From Callorhinchus milii (taxonomy: Eukaryota), in assembly GCF_018977255.1 (NCBI RefSeq), contig NW_024704742.1, positions 2,730,001-2,794,000 of the forward strand: DNA of 64,000 bases. The letters are read 5' to 3'. Every line of letters begins with the position of its first letter. The first letter of the stretch is position 1. Both the position numbers and the translations under genes were made by a program. The notes under the pieces are model-generated. The model was not told where the DNA came from. It saw nothing but the letters and a program-made list of their open reading frames with translations, and ran no database searches. Of the stretch, positions 26,216-37,963 are shown piece after piece.

Positions 26216-26646
26216 ACAACAACAAGATTCCATTTATAGAGCGCCTTTCACATCGGGAGGACATCCCAAGGCGCTGTACAGTTGGGTCGGGACCCGAGCA
26301 TTGGGGGGAAATGGTCAGGGTGAGGGGAGGGAAGGGAGGGAGCGAGGAGGGGGTAGAGAGTCGAGAAGGGAGCTGAAGGCTCGGTCAAAGAGAAAGTCTT
26401 GAGACCGGCCGTGAAGGAGGAAAGGGAGGAAGCGGTGAAGGCACTGGGGATGGAGTTCCAGAGCCTCGGGGCTGAAGGCCCGGCCACCGATGGGGCGGGG
26501 GATGTGGAGCAGACCGGAGCCGGAGGAATGGAGGGTACGGGCAGGTAAGTAGGGGGATAGTACGTCGGAGAGGTAGGAGGGAGCGAGACCGTGAATGGCC
26601 TTGTAGGTGAGGATGAGGATCTTGAAATCAATCCTCTGGGGGAACC
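26216..26646 (-). mobile_element. Young L2 LINE 3' fragment
   Basis: PQRIDFKILILTYKAIHGLAPSYLSDVLSPY…GGRAFS…RLWNSIP; (CAA)n tail. Confidence 0.9.
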
Positions 26647-26923
26647 CTGCGCTCAGGAAACAAAATGATAAATGCAGCAGCTGCCCAGCACAGAGCAATA
26701 GAAATGCCACGTATACAGTGAGCTCACTTGCCATTTGTCTCCCAGAAATCAGTTTGTGAAGCTTAAACTGCGGCTATTCAGAATGAGGCCAAATTCTTAA
26801 CTAAACGCGTTTTGCGATGATGTTGTTTGACGATTTTTTTTTCAATTGAACGTCCAGGTGCACTATTTCCGTCCTTACCAATTCAAAACCCACCTTTTAA
26901 AATACATCTTACAAAGTTACCTG

Positions 26924-26956
26924 TCTCTCTCTCTCTCTCTCTCTCTCTCCCTCTCT
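26924..26956. repeat. (TC)n microsatellite
   Basis: Read directly. Confidence 0.9.
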
Positions 26957-27879
26957 GTTAACCAGTAATCTCACCTTCCCCCATACAGTTGGTCTGTTTA
27001 TCCTTCAACAGCGTGTAGTCACTTTCTTAGTCCTCCACTTAGTCACAGTATCATTTGCCCTTGATTTGGACAGATTCCTAAATCAAAGGTGCGCTGAAGG
27101 GTACGGGCTTAGATTCAGGACGAGATGGATAGAAACGGCTGCCAGCAATATCATTTCAGCGAATTGCCTGCATTTGGAATTACCTAAATTAATCAAATAT
27201 CCTATAGCCAGGACCTTGCTTTCTTATCTAATTAGACATGGGGTAGTAATTCAATTTACTTATTGGCAGATACTCGGGGAAACTGTCCCTCCTATTTGCC
27301 AAGAAGGGGTGTGTGGCTTATTATGGGCAGCATTACAGATAAAATATTTGTGGTAGTCGGGTGGTAAATTTCTTTCGATAATAAATTGCTGACTGGAGTA
27401 CTACTTTGACAATCTGAGCTTCCGTGAACTTGAACTTGATGTTGTCTCCGCAACCCCACTCAGCTCCTGTTGACGTTTGGGCAGTTTGTCTTGCTTTCCA
27501 CGATTCTCTCAACTCGGGTCACTTCACTATCTCTCTTGGTATTGGCCCGACCGCCACATCTCGGTTTTCTTTTCCCATTGGGTTATGATTGTTCATCCAT
27601 GTCTCATCTTGCTGCTGAGGTTTTGCCTTTTGATCGCACTGTTTTTCTGACAGTCCTAACAAGGCATTAACGAGATCGAGCGAGTGAGTACCGGACAGTC
27701 TGTTTCAGCAGCTTCGCCGTGTTTGTTTTGGAAAAAAAAACGAGTCCAGGATCCTGGCCTGCGTCACCCTTCCTGGTAACCCGTTCAGGCTGTTGCACTC
27801 AATACGTATAAAGAAATGTTCCTTGGTGTTGTCTGGCCTAAAATTTTCCTTTCAAAGCATCCTGAATCTCTGCCCTTTT

Positions 27880-28199
27880 GGAGTCCTGTAGCTCTGTGGT
27901 TAGAGCACTCGCTTTGCAAGCGAGACACCTGGGTTCAATTCCAGGCAGAGGGCGAAACCTTGGGCAAGTTTCCTTACTCCACACTCCTAATACTAATCCC
28001 TCCAAAACCAAAAACAATAATAAATTGGTCATTTTCAAACTACGACTGTTTGTGGGACATTGCTGTGCGCAATTGGCTGCCGCGTTCGCCCACAAATATA
28101 CAGTCAATTCACTTTACAGTATATTCTGTGAAGCGCTTTGAGACGTCGAGAAGACATGAAAAGCGCTATATCAAATGCAAGGATTATTATTATTATTAT
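27880..28199 (+). mobile_element. Full-length young tRNA-Ala-derived SINE
   Basis: GGAGTCCTGTAGCTCTGTGGTTAGAGC head, anticodon arm CTCGC-TTTGCAA-GCGAG, GGTTCAATTCC B box, 3' stem-loop and (TTA)n tail. Confidence 0.92.
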
Positions 28200-28344
28200 A
28201 TTTTGCCTTGTTCAGCGAGCGGCCTAGGTTCATGCTTTTTATCTTTGCAAGATGTTGGTTACCTCGTCCAAGTCTCCGCATCTCTCACTCTGTTAGCCCG
28301 ATCGCCCAACCTTCCATCCCTCGGTTTGATACTACCGGTTTGAT

Positions 28345-28534
28345 AATAGCACAGATGTTATTTAAGGGAAAGCTAGATAGGTACATGAGGGAGAAAGGAA
28401 TAGTAGAAGGTTATGCTTGAAGTCTTAGTTGAGGAAGGCCAGGAGGAGGCTCATGTGGAGCATAAACACCAGCGTAGACCAGTGCGGCCGAATGGCCTGT
28501 TTCTGTGCTGCATATTCTAATGTATTCTAATGTA
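28345..28534 (+). mobile_element. CR1 3' end
   Basis: FKGKLDRYMREKGI, ggccgaatggcctgtttctgtgctg and an (ATTCTAATGT)2 tail. Confidence 0.85.
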
Positions 28535-28945
28535 CCTGAAAACCATAACTACAAATTCAAGCCATTCATGTACGTGACACTGTGTTAAGAATAGCAAGGG
28601 ACGCAGCACAAATGGTGAGGTACAAATTATGTTCGCACCACTATCTGAGTCAGAAAACAAAAGTGCTCAATACGATCACTTGCCCCTGACACAGAGTGAT
28701 AATGTTTGAGCTGGGCTACAGATGACTCATTAACTTGCACTAATTAAATGATCCACAAGTCTGTGCTGAAGCTTTGGAAATCCCCGATGAATCCAGAGGT
28801 ACAAGCTCATTGAATATTTTTACTCCCAGGCCCTCAACAAGTTTAACGGGCCCCTTGTTTGTTGTAACGCTGCAACAGTGGGATACTTTGACATCAGATG
28901 CAAAAGAAGGTAGACAAGCAAACAGGACCTGGTGTCTTGGTCAAC

Positions 28946-29748
28946 AATCATAGAATATTACAGCACAGAAGGAGGCCATTCAGCCCGTCGTGCCTGTGCC
29001 AGCTCTTTGGAAGAGCAACTCAATCAGTCCCACTCTTCCGCTCTGTCCCCATACTCCTTTTCCAGTACCTATCTAACTCCCTCTTGAAACTGGTTATTGG
29101 ATCTGTTTCCACCACCCTTTCAGGCAGTGCATTCCAGACCGCAACAACCCTCTGCGTGTGTGTCAAAAAAAATTCTCATCTCCCCTCTGTTTCTTTCGCC
29201 AATTATCTTAAATCTGTGTACCCTGGTTACTGACCCACCTGCCGGTGGAAACAGTTTCTCCCCAATTGCGGAGTCCTGTCGCTCAGTGGTTAGAGCACGC
29301 ACCTTGTAAGCGAGACCCCTGGGTTCAATTCCAGGCAGAGGGCAAAACCTTGGACAAGTTTCCTTGCTCCACACACCTGATTATAATCCCTCCAAAACAA
29401 AACAATAATAAATTGGTCATTTTCAATCCACGACTGTCTGTGGGACGCTGCTGTGCGCATTTGGCTGCCGCGTTTCGCCCACAAATATACGGTCAATTCA
29501 CTTTACAGTCTATTCTGTGAAGCGCTTTGAGACGTCGAGAAGACGTGAAAATCGCTATATCAAATGCAAGAATTATTATTATTATCTACTCTGTCAAAAC
29601 CCTTCATAATTTTGATACACCTCTATTAAATCGCCCCTTAACCTTATCTACTCCAAAGAGAACAATTTCAGCTTCTCTAGTCTCTTCACGTAACTAAAGC
29701 CCCTCATCGCTGGTACCATTCGGTTAAATCGCCACTGCCCCTCTCCAG
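28946..29748 (-). mobile_element. CR1 LINE 3' fragment split by a SINE
   Basis: Minus-strand EKLFPPAGGSVTRVHRFKIIGERNRGEMR; the sequence resumes after the SINE at 29586 (ctactctgtcaaaacccttcataattttg). Confidence 0.88.
29270..29585 (+). mobile_element. Full-length young tRNA-derived SINE inserted into a CR1 fragment
   Basis: Same head, body and tail as the 27880 copy. CR1 sequence continues on both sides. Confidence 0.9.
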
Positions 29749-29859
29749 TCTCCCAAATAAAATTGTTTATTCACTTTGTGGCTGTGATTACAAGGTCAGT
29801 AGTTTAAAGGTAAGAAACAGCTTGCATTTTAAAGCACCTCATCAAGTTGGATTCTTTCT

Positions 29860-30035
29860 TGGAATTAGGAAAGCAAGACACAACCCTTTAGGGAGAGAGT
29901 GCATTCCATTCCAGACATAGGGAAATTTCCATGTAAAAGTGGCATACGTATTTGGAACGCTCTGGTTTGGATACCTTTAAGAACGCTAATGATTTTCCGT
30001 AAGTGTCAGACACCTCAGTGACCAAAAAAAAAACC
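29860..30035 (+). mobile_element. Third copy (3' UTR only) of the old CCHC element
   Basis: ggaattaggaaagca…gagagagtgcattccattcc…tggtttggatac…gtgtcagacacc. Confidence 0.6.
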
Positions 30036-30339
30036 CCACAAACACTGTAAAAGGCAACCTCCTGGGGAACTTTGTTTACCGAATCCTGTTGGTTTGTGAA
30101 ATTACAAACCCATTGCACTATAAACAGTATCAAAGGAGTGATTGGAAAAAAAATCAGACGATTTCTCAGATGTCACACACGCGGAAAAAAAAAAACTCAG
30201 CAACGGTCACCAGGGGAAATAAGATAGTACAGTATCTGATCTTTCTCTCTCTCTCTCTCTTTCTCTCTCTCCCTCTTTGCGAGCCGCAGATTCCCCTTTA
30301 GGGTTTAAGCAAATGTTACGAGAGTCAGAGCTCCAGTAA

Positions 30340-30730
30340 AATGTTACATTTCTAAATGGATTTCATTAATGCAATCCACAAATAATTTCTTTCTTTGTGT
30401 CCAAGCCCTCTTGCACAGTGATAATGGGTAGCTTATTTGCATATAAATGGATTTTCGTATGACAGGAGAACTTGCTGTAGCCTGACTTTACATGCACATC
30501 AATAAATTGTTTCGCTACTTCCACCAGCATTTTTAATGGTGTTATATTGCTCTGCCTGATAATCATGTGTCACTTTTAAATTTGTTGTTTAGAAAAAACA
30601 GTTTTTCTTTTGGCGCTATTCAGTTATTTTGTGCCGCTAAGAATGTGGCCATTTATATGATGATATAAATGTCACAGAAGCATTAGATGTCTGGCGTATG
30701 TAATTAAAGAGCCTAATTATTCAATTATAC
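30340..30730. promoter_or_regulatory. Candidate conserved non-coding enhancer
   Basis: Repeat-free and AT-rich with clustered TAAT/ATTA, an octamer ATTTGCAT at 30435-30442 and TGACA/TGTCA motifs. Confidence 0.4.
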
Positions 30731-31068
30731 CAGAACAAGATTTTTTTTCTGATTTTTAATATTGCATTTGCTTCTCTTCATTTGATTGCGAGCCAAGTAT
30801 CACAGTCTAAGGTAAGATATGCAACAGGGAAATGTGCAGGGATAGCTGGCCTGTAACACATGTGAAATCACAGCGTGAGCAGCAGATACCAGAGGGTGAA
30901 ATAGATGAAAAGGTAATTCGGTCTCCTGTTCAAACCGTGTGTTTGCAAATGTAAGATCCCGCAGACCTTACCGCAAAGCACAAAGGAGAGCTGCCTCCAG
31001 ATTTTTAAAAGCAGTGATATTTTTTGATAATCTAAACTCAGCAAAGTAAAATGGAAGTAGGCCAGGAG

Positions 31069-31285
31069 TCACAAGATCACACAGGAGGTTTAGACAAAGA
31101 AGTGCCCTTTGATCTCATCTTTCCAGATTACCAACTCTACCTTCTTCCCGTCCTAGCATCAAGATATGCCCTAAGTTACTGAGTCACCTGGCCTCGATGA
31201 CCGTTGCTAGCAACCTGTTCCAGGTGCTCATCACGCTCCGTGTAAAGAAATATTTGACGATGTCTGTCCTAAAATTGCCTGTTCC
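31069..31285 (-). mobile_element. CR1 3' fragment with a (CTTGTGAT)-type tail
   Basis: tcacaagatcac tail; gcaacctgttccaggtgctcatcacgctccgtgtaaagaaata reads YFFTRSVMSTWNRL on the minus strand. Confidence 0.75.
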
Positions 31286-31464
31286 TTCTTGTCCTGTTCA
31301 GTGATCAGTCTGGGCTCATGCCTGACAGGCTCGTCTTTGTAGGATTCCAGCTACTTCATCAGATTCTCTATCCCTTCCCCTCTTTACCTTCTGACCCGTT
31401 AAAAGAGGTAACTTTTTACACTGAGTCTTACCAGTTCAGGTCATTCAGTGTAGCAGGAACAGGA

Positions 31465-31672
31465 GGGCCAGGATTTTTTCTTAACACAGAGGGTAAGCAA
31501 TGACTGGAACAGGTTGCCAGGAAAAGTGGTTAAAGCCAGGACACCGGATTCATTTAAAAAAGCAGCTTGATGCTGTGGTGAGGGGGGAATGGTAGGGTGG
31601 GCGTTCTGGTGGGATGAGATCGGGTGGGTCAAAGGGTCTTCTTCAATCCGGACAATCTTGTGATCTTGTGAT
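31465..31672 (+). mobile_element. CR1 3' fragment, same family, opposite orientation
   Basis: FFLTQRVSNDWNRLPGKVVKA…; atcttgtgatcttgtgat tail. Confidence 0.8.
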
Positions 31673-33059
31673 ATGGTAGAAAGTGGAATCAATTTCTTAG
31701 AAAAGTGATTGGAACAAACAGGCGGTTGTGCCGTGTGCAAGACAGGCCAGTTATGCCACTGGAGCTTTTTATGGTAACAAATGTAAAGGAGTAGGCTCTC
31801 AATTCACAATATAATGGAGGATATTAGTACGGAGGAAAGACTTGTTCGGCAGTCAAATTGTTGTTGTTGTTGTTCCGTTTTTAAATCATATTCCTCTCCC
31901 CCACCGTCCCAGACCGAATGCTCTGATGCAATGTCTCTTTGCCACGATTGCACACCTTAGGTTTGCCCTGATTACTTTTTGCATTATTTTCACAATGCCT
32001 TTCGTTCATAAAAGCAAAGGACTTCTTCCTGCACAGTCATCGGAATAATTATACCTCTCATACAGTGTTGTTTTCACCATGTGATTCCAATTTTGATTCT
32101 ATCTGAGTGATTTCCCCCCCCACTGAATTAAAATAGGGAGAGAATTCCAGTGTTTAGCCTCAGTGTCTCCGCGTGCGAGCTTGTCCGTCAACCCTCTGTC
32201 TACGCACAAAATTGTTTTCAAAATCCCCCCTTGTATCCCACCCAATGTAGCACTGTATTAACAAGCTTAGATATTCTGCTTCAGGATATTTTCATTGACA
32301 TGATTAAAATTATTAGAGATGTTTCGGGAATATGCAGCTCACCGCTCGTTTGATCTATTCTCATTCGCGGCTACTGCTTGCTTTCGCTGGCCATCCCAAT
32401 TGTTTATTCAATTTGCCGTATCATCATCGATTTGGCGAAACTTCACACTTGCTGTAACGTTTCCTCTGTTGTTGGGCACTTTCTTATTATCAAAGATACG
32501 TTCAGCTTTTTCTTCAGTCACTAACTCATTCATGTTCCTACAGTAATGACAATTATTTTTTCCTGGCTCTCGGCTATTGTTCCGTTCTATTAGATGATTC
32601 TGAATTGTTCTGTTTTTATCTTTTTTTTGCCAATAACATGGGCACTAATTATCTGGAGCTAACTGGACTTGATTGCCTTTAATTAGACTCTTGATCTTTC
32701 TTGAAGGATAGTATTAGACTTCAAGTCCCCTCCTACCTCTCCGACCTGCTAACGGCTCCCTCCACGCAGTCAGACTTGGACCATGAGAGCAGGACGAGAG
32801 GAAATGCATTTAAAATTATCGAGTGTGAAGCCACATGAGCGATCAGAAACAATTTAACCCCCTATGTGTAGAATAGTCTCCCGCATAAAGCAGTTAATGC
32901 TATGCTCATAAACACTTTTAAGGTACGACAAAGATATGGGAAGGAGCACAGTAGTAGAATTAGGATTGATAGCTTCAGTGAGGGAATCAGAACAGCATAA
33001 GAATAAAAAGACAAATGGTCTCCCTCCTTTGCTGATATGTTGCATTGGGGACATCAAGT

Positions 33060-34148
33060 TGACTGCACGTCACAAGCTGCCTGTGAAGGTCCTCCCATCA
33101 CTCTGAAGGCAGATGTCCGCCAATTAGCTGATGAGGAAACTCTAAGGCTTGGGGCGAAACTGCTGGAAGGTGTTATCTGGAGTCCGAGTTCGTGAACATA
33201 CGGTTCGTACATCCAATGCCTGGAATACATCATAATTGGCCTGCAGAGAGGCAAGCATCTGTTGCTTAAACCCTGCATCTCCAATTGGTGAAACCATAGC
33301 TCAGTGGGAAGGAACCATATGCTCAAGATGCGGACAGGAAGATGGTGGCAATGCTCTCACACATTTCATGCTGAGATGTGTTGCCCACTGGGAAGCTCGC
33401 AGGGACCATCCACTCGTGAGGGCTCAAACCCGGGATTGTTGGATGTCGAACCAACTGGTGACTATCCTCCTTGGCGGGGAGGGTAAGTTGGACTGGCAGC
33501 AAGGTGACATCCTTGGCAAAGGAATATTGGAATCGAGCCAGCCCTCTATGGTGTTTTCGGTAGTCCGGTTCCTGAGCCAGTCAGGTCAGCAAGTATAAAA
33601 GCACAGTCAGCCTGGGTCATTGGCAGAACGTGGGAATGCAGACCAGTCACTGGGGACAGGAAATCATCCCACGCAGCTCCTGTTAAACCTGCAAGCCAAA
33701 GCCCTAATGAGGAGGGAGGTCCTAGCTACCCAAGCAGCGGGAAATCTTGCCAGACAACAATATCAATGGCAAGCTATGATGTTTTAGCTGGTTAGACTCC
33801 AGCACTCAATCCAATTTTGGGGTTCTCATGCCTTAGCTCTCGCCAACTTGCGCCTAATACTTTCCGGAATTAGGTAAGCACAACAACAACTTGCACTTAT
33901 ATAGCACCCTCCACACAGGGTAGAGTCTCAGAGCCCTTGATGTAGGAAGCTTTCTACTTACGAGGGTGCGACCCTCCAGAGAGAGAGTGTGTATCCAGTC
34001 CAACAATCCATCTCTGGGATTTCATGCGTAGGTGGGACGCATGGAATTCTCAGTTTGGTTTGGATACTCTAAGGCACGGTGACGGGTTTCTGCATGTGTC
34101 AGACACCCCGCTGACCCCCATCCCACCCCCCAATAAAATCCCTCTGAG
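33060..34148 (+). mobile_element. Old non-LTR-like element: ORF C-terminus with a CCHC knuckle plus 3' UTR (longest of four copies)
   Basis: ICSRCGQEDGGNALTHFMLRC (CxxC…H…C). The 3' region matches 54090-54628, 29860-30035 and 3990-4633. AATAAA near the end. Confidence 0.65.
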
Positions 34149-34198
34149 TAAAGGAAATACTTCTTTCCTGCCGCTCCCCCAATTTGTCCAACGACCTT

Positions 34199-34305
34199 GA
34201 TAATAATAATAATCCTTGCAATTTGATATAGCGCCTTATCGCAGCTTCGAGACGTCTCAAAGCGCTTCACAGGATATACGGTAGAGTGAATTGACTGTGT
34301 GTTTT
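34199..34305 (-). mobile_element. SINE 3' end
   Basis: (TAA)n-ccttgcaatttgatatagcgccttatc…aaagcgcttcacagg. Confidence 0.8.
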
Positions 34306-37300
34306 GTGGTTGATTTCCCAAACTAAAGCAAAGAGTTTTCCCTGTAAATATGCCCATTTGGCAAATCTAACAAGTTAGACACCAGTCACTGAGTAAAAGA
34401 TTTCACACAAGCCCTGCCACTGCGTAGTCCCACAACTATGATCCAATAAGCAATGGTTTGTTCTGGTATACGATGAAATAAGACCCGAAAGCCCAATCAG
34501 TAGGAGAACATCTGCTTTTGATTGATGAAACAAGATGTAAAAGCTTTTATTAAGATTCCCTCTTGGCATGAAGCACATTAGGATGTCCTTCCATAAGACG
34601 TGAAATGTGCTGAATAATTCTAAATTGTTGTTGACGTTAGTATCTTCATTTGGTTTTCCTTGAACAAATCTATCCTCCGTGTTCCCGATGAACTAATACG
34701 AAACAACATTTTTGATTTGGAAAACAATCGCAGTTTTGACACTTGTTTCAGCCAGAGAGAAGAGAGAATGAATTAAATTTTGGTCTTAACATTTCTGACA
34801 TATGTCATCTATCTTCTTAGTTGTTTTTTTTTTCATCAGGACATCATTATTATAGTGTGTTCCACTTGTCATGTTTTGGCAATTGGCTGCCAATTCTGTT
34901 TTGCTGGTAACCAGTTCTACATTTGTTCTATTGTGTGGGCAAAACTGAGAGTATCAATATGTTCAGACAGTTATGAACATAAATAGCTGACTAAATCTAT
35001 CCCGGCAGGGCTGGTTTGTAGAGTGTAATTTACATTAGTATCACTAGGCAGACAAGGAGTCACAAGGGATAGGCAAAGACCATTCATCCAGACCAATGGC
35101 AGCCTCTTGAGCCAATATTAAAGGGGAGTGACTACTATTAATGGAAGTACTATTCACGGAGAGTACTTATTATCGGAGGATCACCACTCCCTGAAGTAAA
35201 AGCATTCACTTTTTTTTTAATTTATCATATTTATATGACTCCACGGAGAACATGCGCATTCCGTCCGTTTCCCTGAACAAACATGCGATAAGGTGATACG
35301 GAGCATGGAAAGCCTTGGGTAGGACGTAGGTTTCTTTTATGCTGATGTCAGGGCAAATGGAGCTTGAGAAATATATTTCTGTGTCCCACACAAAGCTGTT
35401 GTGTTAACCCCTCTATACATTTTTGTGATCCACGGTTTTCCTAGGTGGGTTGTTTATAAAGCTTAAGACTAATCCTTCAATAAAGAGCTCCCCTGTAGTG
35501 CTGTTGAGTATCTTACATTTAATTGAAGCCGATGGAAAACAGTCCTGCTGTTTTGATATGAGGAAGTGAGATCCTTATGCAATGTGTTTGCTCGGTATCA
35601 CTCAGTACTGCCTAATTACTACATGTATACACTGATCAGAAGTCAACTTTTTTTCTTTTTGAATATACCCTGCTGTGTTTTGTCATTTCTTTAACAATCT
35701 GACGAACAACAAAACTTAGCAAAACAGCTTTGAACAGCCAAAGCTGCCCCTGGATCCACACGTGCAGAGTATTGAATGCAGTAGAGTACGAGTGAAAAGT
35801 ACCCTATTCACTAGATACTTGTGTATACAGACTGACTAATACTCTGGCCGGTTCCAGCCTGGCTCAGTTGGTAGCGTTCTCGCCTCTTGAGTTTAAAAAG
35901 CTGTGGGTTCAGGCCTCACATTGAGACTTTGGACTCATAATCTATCTTAAACCCGATTTTGAGCTTCAAACTGATTTTAATGTTGGTTCAAGCTGATTTT
36001 TAGCAGGAACTGCGATTAAGAGAATGTTGTTTCAAGCTGATTTTGCCTTCAAAGAGGGGAGGGAGGGATTGAATGGGTCGGAGGGCCTGCCGGAATGGTA
36101 CAGTGTTTCAGAATAAAGCCTTACATATCATCTTCAAACTACATTCACTGCACTTTACGGAAAATCTCGTGAAGTACTTCAGGGCTTCCCAACTGGCAGG
36201 ACTTTAGGGCTTCCCAATGCAAGAATTATTATAATTATTACTCATTGTTTTCTTAAATGTGTGGCATTCCTGGTTTTACCCAGTGAGTTGTTGAACCATT
36301 GGGTGAACTATTATTATCAGTAGACCCTGCGGGGAGTGGGCATGTGTGGGGATTCCAAGCTTACTGGATCAAGCTCGACTATATAAGCAAATGTATGCTT
36401 TAGTGAAGTGCATTATAATTGAGCTGCAGTGTATCACATAATAATAATAATAATCCTTGCATTTGATATAGAGCTTTTCACAGGAAATTTAAGGGGAAAA
36501 GAATTAGATTCTTGTGTGGAGAAATCGAGCTAAGGTGTAACGATAGGACTGCAGGAGTTGTAGAGCAACACTGGGAAGTTCACATTTAGCTGACTTTCTG
36601 AAATCACCTTTGTGCAAACATCACCGAGACGTCTCTTTTAACGGGTTGCAAATCCAGGTCAGAACTCGCACTTCCCAAACCGGTTATGAATAGTGCAAAT
36701 TAGATCCCAGGATCAGCTTAGAACGCTATTACGCTGACTGAACATACCGCCCTTTAAACTGTCAGCTTTCAAGACAAGGAACCGAACCGCAGGATGCGTC
36801 ATGCAGCTGAAATGTGATTCCAAGGTTAAGTGGAAGTCAGAGCAGCCCCTGCTGTTGTCAGTAACCATTAATAAACAAGATTATAGTATCTGTGAAAAAA
36901 AATTGAGATGCATTCCCCCCCCACCCAGCCTCCCACCCCCTCCCCACCCACCCACCACCACCACCGTCCCCAACCCCATTGCGGGTCCCATTTTGCAGCA
37001 AATGCGGTTTTGACTCGTGACTTCTTTTTGCCAGCAGAGGTCACTCAGAGTAAAATAAATGGTGTGTCAGGTTCTCTCCTCACTGAAGCTTAAAACAGAC
37101 TTGGCGCAGGCAGGTAATATTTCATACGGGGAACGAGCTCCGATGGCCAGTCTCATATTTCAAGTGTCCCTCCATGGGCTGTAATTATTCCTCATCATGC
37201 AACCACTTCAGTGGCAGCTTCCCTTCAGCTCCTGTATCATTAAAAGGAGATTTTTTGTTTCCCCCGCCAGGGCTTACCTGGTGTACTGGAACCTTTGCGT

Positions 37301-37496
37301 GAGGTTGGGAGGACATCTGGGCTTGTTTACTAAATTGCTGCCACCTATCTCCCTGTTACATGCTCCATTTGCTCAACATTACTTGACATTTTGCGAGGAT
37401 TGAGTTTGCGTACGGCTGAGAGGGGTATATAATTGTGGGCCTCACCTAGATGGGCTTTTCATATCAAATGGCCAGACAAGAGGCTCAAAGGACATT

Positions 37497-37963
37497 AATA
37501 ATGATAATAATAATGAGCATAATAATCATTATAACAATAATCCTTGCTTTTGATTTAATGCCTTATCTTGTCGTTGAGCGTTCTGAGACGCTTCCCTGGT
37601 TGGAGGGTTCTATATAAGTGCAATTTGTTGTTGTTGAGATGTCTCAAAGCGCTTCACAGAATATACTGTAACTTGAATTGCCCGTGTATTTTTGTGGGAG
37701 AAACTCGGCAGCCAATTACGCCCAGCATCTTCCCACAAAAAGCCGCGGATTGAGTGACCAAATTATTATTTTATAATTTTTTTGGAAGGGATTATTACCC
37801 CCAGGAAGCGATCCGCCAATCAACTAACAACCGGCTTCTTACTTGCTGCTACTGATGTGTTAGGAGTAAGGAAACTCGCCGAAGGTTTCACCCCGCCCAG
37901 GAATCGAGCCCAGATCCTCTCGCTTGCGAGGAGAGTGCTCTAACCATTATGCTACAGGACTCC
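37497..37963 (-). mobile_element. Long-variant tRNA-derived SINE (about 60 extra nt after the head) containing a small L2-tail insertion
   Basis: Same head (…gctacaggactcc) and body as the young family. Extra segment ccaggaagcgatccgccaatcaactaac… is shared with the 43871 copy. Confidence 0.85.

Noticed and set aside
27880..27960. tRNA-Ala(TGC) gene
   Set aside because: The tRNA-like sequence is the head of a multi-copy SINE, continues into the SINE body with no immediate poly-T terminator, and has a poor acceptor stem. The same applies to the copies ending at 12895 and 62754 and starting at 29270.
27816..28343. 175-aa ORF and similar ORFs with IQSIHFTVYSVKRFETSRR…DYYYY
   Set aside because: Recurrent translation of SINE sequence, not a gene family.
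35965..36044. CRISPR-like repeat-spacer array
   Set aside because: Only two full units, vertebrate intronic context and no cas genes.
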